In this document: positions 57,613 to 64,000 of the stretch, one piece after another | Layout: every line of letters starts with the position of its first letter | Numbering within the stretch: position 1 is the stretch's first letter | From: Ilumatobacteraceae bacterium | GTDB taxonomy: Bacteria > Actinomycetota > Acidimicrobiia > Acidimicrobiales > Ilumatobacteraceae | DNA: 64,000 bases | Direction: 5' to 3' | NCBI GenBank assembly: GCA_049433365.1 | Contig: JBMTET010000005.1 | Span: 1,108 to 65,107, forward strand | Translations under genes and position numbers: made by a program | The notes under the pieces: generated by a model | Database searches by the model: none | What the model saw: the letters and a program-made list of their open reading frames with translations, nothing else | Told to the model about the DNA's origin: nothing

Positions 57613-58224
57613 TCACCCGCGATCGGGTGCAACCTGACCGCGTCGATAGTGGGTTCGACACAATAGTTCGTAACGCACGACGTCCCCGAAGAGTGGTTCC
57701 TTGCGCGTGGTCGCGGTGTCGCCAACGACAACGGTCTCGCCCTCGAAAACGACCCGGTCGTTGACGAGTCGTGCGTTGTTCGTCGCACGCTCACCGCACC
57801 AGCATCGTGCTTCGACCTGCATCTCGGTTCGTTGATCGGCAATTTCAAGAAGGCGCTTCGTTCCCTCGAAGAGCAGTCCGCGGAAATCCGTGATCAACCC
57901 GAACGCGAATATGTCGACATCGAGTTCGTCGGCGACGCGAGCCAAGTCGTCGCACTGTGCGGTTGTGTAGAACTGGGCCTCGTCGCACACGATGAAATCG
58001 AGCGGCATCCGTGCTCGTGCCATCTCGAACACACCAACGTCGCCGCCGATGTCAATTGCCGGTGACGACACGCCGAGACGGCTCGTCACTTGCGCGCCAT
58101 CGCGGTCGAGTTTTGTGAGCAGAATTCCGTGCAGGCCCCGCGAGGCGAGATTGTGGTGGATCTGCAGCGCCAGAGTGCTCTTGCCCGAACCCATCGTGCC
58201 GAAGCTGAAGCGGAGCGTGCCCAT
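57613..58224 (-). CDS. tdk: Thymidine kinase
   Basis: P-loop GTMGSGKST, DEAQF, and zinc-ribbon cysteines CWCGERA...CRTHY. Its stop directly abuts the convergent stop at 57612. Confidence 0.9.
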   Translation of the reverse strand: MGTLRFSFGTMGSGKSTLALQIHHNLASRGLHGILLTKLDRDGAQVTSRLGVSSPAIDIGGDVGVFEMARARMPLDFIVCDEAQFYTTAQCDDLARVADELDVDIFAFGLITDFRGLLFEGTKRLLEIADQRTEMQVEARCWCGERATNNARLVNDRVVFEGETVVVGDTATTRKEPLFGDVVRYELLCRTHYRRGQVAPDRG

Positions 58225-58229
58225 GCGGA

Positions 58230-59093
58230 CTAGTTCGCGGAAAAGCCGCGCAACGGCAACGTTGGGCGCTGGAGCCAGTTGTCGTCGAGGTATTTCGCGA
58301 CGGCGTCAATGGCATGAATGGTGTATGCATGCCGCGGCTTGTCGCTGTGATTCGCCCCGGACAGGTGCGGAACGGCACCATCGAGAAGTACGAGCGTGCC
58401 ACGCGGCGCCTCGAGCGCAACCAGGCCTTCCGTCGGATAAGGCTCGGGATTAAGCACGTCGGTGACGGTGGCGGTGCGCTCGCCGTTCAGTCGCGAACGT
58501 GTCTTCACGGGGATCCGGTGACCGCCGGGAAGTGCCCACATGCAGCCGTTTTCGGTCGTTGCGTCGTCGATGGCGAACCAGAAGCCGATAACACTGCGTG
58601 GTTCGGTCCAGAGGTACGTGTGGTCGGTGTGACACGTCACCTCGCCGCCGATGCGTGGCTGTTTGAAGATGTACATCGACTGCAAGAGCAAGGGATCGAC
58701 CATGCCGAGATCAGTCGCCACATCGGCAAGTGCGGACGTTCGACTGAAGGAATCGAACAACGGATCGAGGTCGTGCATTGCGTGGCCGAGTTTGTTCAGC
58801 GACAGGTGTGCCTCCTGGCGGAGGTTCCCGGCTTCGTCGAAGGCATCCCTTTCGAAGAAGCAGCGAATCGATTCACCGCTCGTGAGAAAGTACTCGGCAC
58901 TCGTGTGACGAGGTGATCCGTCGGCGGTGAAGACCGTTGCTACGTCGGCATGCGGCACGAACTCGCGGGCGAGCTCGATGGCACGGGCACGCAAAGCGAG
59001 ACATGCAGCGGCGTCGACGAAGTCGTGGAGAACGAGAAAACCGTCGTCGGCAAAGGACCGCACCTGCTCGGTGGTGAGACGTCGCGGCATCAC
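58230..59093 (-). CDS. Phytanoyl-CoA dioxygenase (PhyH)-family Fe(II)/2OG oxygenase
   Basis: FADDGFLVLHDF N-terminus, and HTDH...H ligands in CHTDHTYLW ... PHLSGANHS. Confidence 0.8.
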   Translation of the reverse strand: MMPRRLTTEQVRSFADDGFLVLHDFVDAAACLALRARAIELAREFVPHADVATVFTADGSPRHTSAEYFLTSGESIRCFFERDAFDEAGNLRQEAHLSLNKLGHAMHDLDPLFDSFSRTSALADVATDLGMVDPLLLQSMYIFKQPRIGGEVTCHTDHTYLWTEPRSVIGFWFAIDDATTENGCMWALPGGHRIPVKTRSRLNGERTATVTDVLNPEPYPTEGLVALEAPRGTLVLLDGAVPHLSGANHSDKPRHAYTIHAIDAVAKYLDDNWLQRPTLPLRGFSAN

Positions 59094-59491
59094 GAGTCCT
59101 TTCGTTCGAACACCGATGCCTCAGGGAACGCGTCGGGAAGCAGACTCGTCATTGGACGGGGAGTTCCGTTCACCTCGACGAGGAGCTCGGCTCCACCGTG
59201 CTCCCACAGCAATTGACGGCAGCGCCCGCACGGGGTGACCGGAGCGTCATTGCCCACGGTGCACACGGCCACCAGACGACCCCCACCCGAGCGAACCAGT
59301 TCACTCACCATCCCGCACTCGGCGCACAAAGTCATTCCGTACGACGCATTTTCGACGTTGCACCCGGTGACGATCCGGCCGTCGTCAACGAGTCCCGCGG
59401 CACCGACACGGAAGCCGGAGTAGGGCACGTACGCGTGGGCTGCAACGTCGAGTGCGGCACGACGCAGGGCATCCCAGTCGATCGTCGTCAT
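59090..59491 (-). CDS. cdd: Cytidine deaminase
   Basis: VPYSGFRVGAA, CAECGMVSE and PCGRCRQ zinc motifs. Confidence 0.9.
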   Translation of the reverse strand: MTTIDWDALRRAALDVAAHAYVPYSGFRVGAAGLVDDGRIVTGCNVENASYGMTLCAECGMVSELVRSGGGRLVAVCTVGNDAPVTPCGRCRQLLWEHGGAELLVEVNGTPRPMTSLLPDAFPEASVFERKDS

Positions 59492-59513
59492 TGCCCGACA
59501 CGCTAGTCAGGGG

Positions 59514-60098
59514 TCAGCGGCACCGTTCCAATTCGTACAGAATGACGTTGGATTCGCGTCGCACCCACAGGCCCACCCCGGCACGAACGAAGTGACGTTC
59601 AAGTTTGCGCGCGTACCATTCGCCGCTGCGAACGTGAATCCTGAAATCGGTCTCCTCGGTATCGACGGATTCCTCGAGGTCACGAGTCGTTGGCACCTCG
59701 AAATACAGCACGTTGCGGGTGGCAGCCGCGAGATTCGCGATGGCTCGCCGCGCGGCGGCATCGTCGAGGTACTGCAGGACGCTCATGCACACGACGAGGT
59801 CGTACACCCCGTGTGGCCGCTCACTCCCGATGTCGAGCAGTTCGTGGCCGTAGCGACGACATGCATGCCCGCTCACGTCGGTGGACGTGACGCGAACCCG
59901 GGGGCGTTCCTTTCGGTACCAGTTGCTCCAGTGGCCGACCCCGGCACCGACGTCGAGCATCGAGCGCACCGGAACTTCCCACCACATGCAGAGATTGTCG
60001 ACTGCGGTCGCGAGCCGATGCAGACGAGCCTTCGTATGGATCGGACGTCGTCCGTAGTAGCGGGAGAAGAATCGTGCGTCGAAGTCGTTGCGAGCCAC
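59514..60098 (-). CDS. Class I SAM-dependent methyltransferase
   Basis: Motif I MLDVGAGVGHW, followed by DLVVCMSVLQYL. Confidence 0.75.
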   Translation of the reverse strand: MARNDFDARFFSRYYGRRPIHTKARLHRLATAVDNLCMWWEVPVRSMLDVGAGVGHWSNWYRKERPRVRVTSTDVSGHACRRYGHELLDIGSERPHGVYDLVVCMSVLQYLDDAAARRAIANLAAATRNVLYFEVPTTRDLEESVDTEETDFRIHVRSGEWYARKLERHFVRAGVGLWVRRESNVILYELERCR

Positions 60099-60157
60099 CC
60101 GAGAGGTGTAGCAGACGGAGAAGTAGCCTTGCGACCAACTCGTAGTGGAGGTATCAG

Positions 60158-60649
60158 ATGTCGTTGTTCACCACCAAGATTTCCGGACTCACATCGGGGG
60201 ACGACATACTCTCGTCGCTCGCAGGGAAGGTGGTGCTCGTCGTCAACGTGGCATCGAAGTGCGGCCTCACGCCCCAGTACACGCAACTCGAGCAGCTGCA
60301 AAAAGACCATGCCGCGCAGGGTTTCAGCGTCCTCGGTGTGCCGTGCAACCAGTTCGGCGCCCAGGAACCGGGATCACCCGCCGACATCGCAACCTTCTGC
60401 TCGACGAACTACGGCGTGAGTTTCCCGCTCACCGAAAAAGTCGACGTGAACGGTCCCGGTCGGCACCCGCTGTACACCCAACTCGTCGACACCACCGACG
60501 CTGAGGGCCACGGCGGAGACATCCGTTGGAACTTCGAGAAGTTCCTCGTCTCGCGTGACGGTCGGGTCGTCGCACGGTTTGCGCCGATGACGGCCCCGGA
60601 TGCTCCCGAGGTGATCGAGGCCATCAGCCGCGAGCTGACTGCGAAGTGA
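60158..60649 (+). CDS. gpx: Glutathione peroxidase (Cys type)
   Basis: VNVASKCGLT, PCNQFGAQEP, WNFEKFLV. Confidence 0.9.
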   Translation: MSLFTTKISGLTSGDDILSSLAGKVVLVVNVASKCGLTPQYTQLEQLQKDHAAQGFSVLGVPCNQFGAQEPGSPADIATFCSTNYGVSFPLTEKVDVNGPGRHPLYTQLVDTTDAEGHGGDIRWNFEKFLVSRDGRVVARFAPMTAPDAPEVIEAISRELTAK

Positions 60650-61524
60650 CGACCGCGCCGGTTCGCGTCGCCGCCATCCAAATGGCGATGGCCGACGATG
60701 TGGCAGCGAACTGCGACACCGCCGAACGACTCGTGCGCGACGCTGCCGCGCAGGGTGCACGGGTCATTCTCCTTCCCGAACTATTCGAGGGGCACTATTT
60801 CTGCAAGGACCAGCGAGCCGTCGACTTGGCGCGGGCGAGACCACTGGAGGGCCATCCAACGATCGAGCGTTTCGCAAATGTTGCCCGGGAGGTCGGTGCG
60901 GTGTTGCCGCTCAGCGTGTACGAGCGCGACGGCAACGCCCTGTTCAACACGACCGTGATGGTGGATGCCGACGGACGGGTCATGGGCAAGTACCGCAAGT
61001 CGCACATTCCCGACGGTCCCGGATACTCGGAGAAGTTCTACTTTTCGCCCGGAGACACCGGCTTTCGGGTGTGGCCGACCGAATTCGGAATCGTCGGCCT
61101 GGCGATTTGTTGGGATCAGTGGTTTCCCGAAGCCGCGCGGGTGATGGCGTTGCTCGGCGCGGACCTGCTGCTGTATCCGACGGCAATAGGCAGCGAGCCG
61201 CAAAATCCGTCGTGGGATTCGAGTGGCCACTGGCAACGCGTCATGCAGGGCCATTCCGCGGCAAACGTCGTGCCCGTCGTTGCCGCCAACCGCATCGGTC
61301 ACGAGCGCGGACACCCGACGGAAATCACGTTTTACGGCTCGTCATTCATCACCGATGCGACCGGTACGAAGGTTGCCGAGGCGGGCCGCGCCGACGAAGC
61401 CGTGCTCGTTGCCGACGTCGACGTGGCAACCAATCGCGAGCTGCGCCTGTCATGGGGATTGTTCCGCGATCGACGGCCCGATTTGTACGGACCGCTGTTG
61501 CATCTCGGCGGTTCGGAATCGTGA
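60646..61524 (+). CDS. aguB: N-carbamoylputrescine amidase (nitrilase superfamily)
   Basis: VAAIQM, LPELF, KSHIPDGPGYSEKFYF, and AICWDQWFPE (catalytic Cys). Confidence 0.85.
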   Translation: MTTAPVRVAAIQMAMADDVAANCDTAERLVRDAAAQGARVILLPELFEGHYFCKDQRAVDLARARPLEGHPTIERFANVAREVGAVLPLSVYERDGNALFNTTVMVDADGRVMGKYRKSHIPDGPGYSEKFYFSPGDTGFRVWPTEFGIVGLAICWDQWFPEAARVMALLGADLLLYPTAIGSEPQNPSWDSSGHWQRVMQGHSAANVVPVVAANRIGHERGHPTEITFYGSSFITDATGTKVAEAGRADEAVLVADVDVATNRELRLSWGLFRDRRPDLYGPLLHLGGSES

Positions 61525-62504
61525 GAATGCCGGCGGAGTTCTCCGCCCACGAGCGAACCGGAATGTGTTGGCCCACGCGATCGGCCATTTATGCGGGCCG
61601 ATTCGACGAAGCCAAGCGCGCCCATGCGACAGTTGCGCGAACGATTTCCAGGTACGAACCCGTCACAATGATCGCCAACGAAGCGGATGCAGACGAAGCA
61701 GCCGACATGTGCGGTTCCGGTGTCGACGTCGTCACTGCACCGATTGACGATGCCTGGTTCCGGGATACCGGTCCGATCTACGTCACCGCCGGTAACGAGC
61801 GGATCGGTACGTATTGGCGGTTCAACGGTTGGGGCGGCAAGTTCGTACCGCATGACAACGATGCCCGCCTTGCTGCGACGTGGTTGAAGATGCGCGGCGA
61901 GAAGTGCGTCGATGTTGACATGGTTCTCGAAGGAGGATCGATCAACGTCGACGGTGAGGGTCTGCTCGTGACGACGGAGCAGTGCTTGTTGCATCCGAAC
62001 CGCAATCCGAAGATGGGTCGCGGTGAGATCGAGGCGTCGTTGCGCGAACGACTCGGATGCACCGAAGTCGTGTGGTTGCCTTTCGGGTTGTCACTCGACG
62101 ACGACACCGACGGTCACGTCGACAACGTGGCGGCGTTCATCGCCCCGGGGATCGTGATGATGCAGGGGTGCGACGATCCACGTGAAGAGGATTTTTCCCG
62201 TTGTGCCGCGAACATCGCTGCAGCCCGCGCCGCCGGCCTCACCGTGCACGAGATACCGGTTCTGCCGTTCGTTGACGTTGACGGCGCGAGGGTGTGCGTG
62301 CCGTACCTCAACTTCTACTTCGTCAACGGTGCAGTCGTCGTGCCGACGAGCGGACATCCCGCCGATACGGACATGCTCGCGCTCATCGGCGACACGATTC
62401 CGGACAGGGACGTCATCGGTCTCGGCGTGGGAACGATCCTCGCAATCGGCGGGGGAGGGATCCACTGCATCACGCAGCAAGTTCCCGCGGTGTCCTCCCG
62501 GTAG
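61521..62504 (+). CDS. aguA: Agmatine deiminase
   Basis: MPAEFSAHERT, FNGWGGKF, DGHVDN, and GGGIHCITQQ (catalytic Cys). GTG 61521 overlaps the aguB stop. Confidence 0.85.
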   Translation: MRMPAEFSAHERTGMCWPTRSAIYAGRFDEAKRAHATVARTISRYEPVTMIANEADADEAADMCGSGVDVVTAPIDDAWFRDTGPIYVTAGNERIGTYWRFNGWGGKFVPHDNDARLAATWLKMRGEKCVDVDMVLEGGSINVDGEGLLVTTEQCLLHPNRNPKMGRGEIEASLRERLGCTEVVWLPFGLSLDDDTDGHVDNVAAFIAPGIVMMQGCDDPREEDFSRCAANIAAARAAGLTVHEIPVLPFVDVDGARVCVPYLNFYFVNGAVVVPTSGHPADTDMLALIGDTIPDRDVIGLGVGTILAIGGGGIHCITQQVPAVSSR

Positions 62505-62522
62505 TTGAGTCAACTGCGAAGA

Positions 62523-63716
62523 TCATCCGAAGACGGTGTCGACGACGTGGCGACCAATGGCCAGCGACGCCGTCGCTGCCGGTGAAGGAGCGTTGCAGAC
62601 GTGCACGACCCGACCGGATCCTCGCAGAGCAAAATCATCGAGCAGGGTTCCGTCACGGTGGCAGGCTTGCGCACGAACACCGGCGGGAGCCGCAATCAGG
62701 TGCTCGGAGCGAACGTCAGGAATGAGGCGCTGCAGTGCACGCACGAACGCAGTCTTGGAAAACGAACGCACCATCTCCCCGGCTCCGGTCCGCCAATAAC
62801 GTCGCGCGACCGTGCGGAAGCCCGGCCATGCGAGAGTCTCCGCGAGATCGCGGCCACTGATCGTTGTCTTCGTGTAACCCTCGCGGGCGAAGGCGAGAAC
62901 GGCATTCGGGCCACATTCCACTCCGCCGTCGATCATCCGCGTGAAGTGGACTCCGAGGAAGGGAAACGCCGGATCGGGCACCGGGTAGATGAGATCGTTG
63001 ACGAGTCGTTCAGCCTCCGGTGTGAGCACGTAGTACTCGCCACGAAAGGGAACGATCCTCAGGTCGAGGTCGGCCACCGTGGAGCGCGCGACACGATCCG
63101 ACTGAAGTCCAGCACACGTTATGACGTGACCCGACTCCCACTCGCCCCGAGGTGTCGAGATGACCGCAGACCCTGACCGCTCAGAGATGGCCGTGACTGC
63201 GGTATCCGTAACGATCGTGACGCCGAGGTTCTCTGCCTCACAGGCCATTGCTCGCGCGACCGCCACGTAGTCGACGATCCCCGTCTGCGGAACGTACAGC
63301 CCGTCAATCCCCGCACAGTGTGGTTCGCGACGACGAATGTCCGCGGGATCAAGTCTTTGCAACCCCGTGAGTCCGTTCGCCACCCCGCGGCGGGCGAGCT
63401 CGTCAAGCCGGGGCTTTTCGGCTTCGCGGGTTGCAACCACCACTTTCCCGCAAATTTCGTGCGCAATGTCGTTGCGCGCGCAGAACTCGAGCAAAGCCGC
63501 GTAACCCTCGATGCACAGACGTGCTTTGAGCGAACCCGGCTTGTAGTACACGCCCGAATGTATGACGCCGCTGTTGTGTCCCGTTTGATGTCGCGCCGGC
63601 GACGATTCTTTCTCCACCAAACGGATCCGAATCGCCGGGCGTCGTCGAGCGGCGTGCATCGCAGTGGCGATGCCGACAATTCCCCCACCGACGACGGTGA
63701 GATCGACGTTGTCCAT
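62523..63716 (-). CDS. lhgO: L-2-hydroxyglutarate oxidase-like FAD oxidoreductase
   Basis: VVGGGIVGIATA and HQTGHNSGVIHSGVYYKPGSLKA are typical of LhgO. Confidence 0.8.
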   Translation of the reverse strand: MDNVDLTVVGGGIVGIATAMHAARRRPAIRIRLVEKESSPARHQTGHNSGVIHSGVYYKPGSLKARLCIEGYAALLEFCARNDIAHEICGKVVVATREAEKPRLDELARRGVANGLTGLQRLDPADIRRREPHCAGIDGLYVPQTGIVDYVAVARAMACEAENLGVTIVTDTAVTAISERSGSAVISTPRGEWESGHVITCAGLQSDRVARSTVADLDLRIVPFRGEYYVLTPEAERLVNDLIYPVPDPAFPFLGVHFTRMIDGGVECGPNAVLAFAREGYTKTTISGRDLAETLAWPGFRTVARRYWRTGAGEMVRSFSKTAFVRALQRLIPDVRSEHLIAAPAGVRAQACHRDGTLLDDFALRGSGRVVHVCNAPSPAATASLAIGRHVVDTVFG

Positions 63717-63723
63717 CAGCCCG

Positions 63724-64000
63724 TCACGCTAGATGTGCCGCTGCGTGTAACGAGCCGTCGGGGAGCGACCAGTCGACTGCCGGCAAGCCGGTGGAGTCGA
63801 GGAACGTATTCACCTGCGAAAAGGGGCGCGAGCCGAAGAATCCGTTGTGCGCCGACAGTGGTGACGGGTGGGCGGATTCAACGACGCAATGCCGGGAGAC
63901 GTCAACCAGCGACTTCTTGCGCCGGGCAAATGCCCCCCACAGGACGAATGCCACCGGTGACGGCTTGTCGTTCACGACGCGCAGCACGGCATCGGTGAAC
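63724..64000 (-). CDS. ung: Uracil-DNA glycosylase, C-terminal part (5' end outside window)
   Basis: [11 protein letters not shown]..., VFVLWG, and the HPSPLSA motif. The reading frame continues past the right edge. Confidence 0.8.
   Translation of the reverse strand, partial: FTDAVLRVVNDKPSPVAFVLWGAFARRKKSLVDVSRHCVVESAHPSPLSAHNGFFGSRPFSQVNTFLDSTGLPAVDWSLPDGSLHAAAHLA

Noticed and set aside
60158-60649. Possible selenocysteine in glutathione peroxidase
   Set aside because: The active site reads VASKCGLT, with a normal Cys codon and no in-frame TGA.

Overview
High-GC (about 60-68% judged by eye) chromosomal segment with actinobacterial backbone markers: PAC2, UPF0182, a DivIVA-domain protein, a DUF385/F420-type reductase and CIRCE-groEL. 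It may be Acidimicrobiia-like, but that is inference only. I call about 70 CDS, 2 tRNAs (Ser-CGA and an initiator-like Met-CAT), one CIRCE operator and one hairpin. I saw no CRISPR array, IS element, integrase or rRNA.

Housekeeping content: tadA, xseAB, a crtE-crtI-crtB-(CruF-like)-(CrtD-like) carotenoid operon, groEL, alaX-glnD, alkB, tdk, cdd, gpx, aguBA, lhgO and ung.

The notable content is four separate surface-glycan loci centred on 2-keto-3-deoxy (ulosonic) acids:
1. 144-4122: an HMGL-type aldolase fused to a Cst-II/Maf-like domain, translationally coupled to a KdsB paralog, next to a large HP-motif protein.
2. 13940-19324: kdsB-kdsD-kdsA, two putative transferases, and a sharply AT-rich single-gene insertion (DUF268-like methyltransferase).
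3. 28351-42018: a 16-gene, almost fully start/stop-overlapped minus-strand operon. It combines a KdsC-like phosphatase, neuB-neuC-neuA, a CDP-6-deoxyhexose pathway, a DegT-like plus FemAB-like pair, two GT2s, a deacetylase and a Wzy-like protein.
4. 48989-57612: begins 25 nt after tRNA-Met. It holds a DUF6311-like membrane protein, a KdnB/KdnA-like Fe-ADH plus aminotransferase pair, a GT2, a second NeuB-family synthase, an SpsF-type cytidylyltransferase and a LIC12162-like protein.

No lipid A or outer-membrane genes are visible. My main hypothesis is therefore a teichulosonic-acid-like, Kdo/NulO-containing wall glycopolymer system in a monoderm. All functions are inferred from motifs I can read in the translations; no searches were run.
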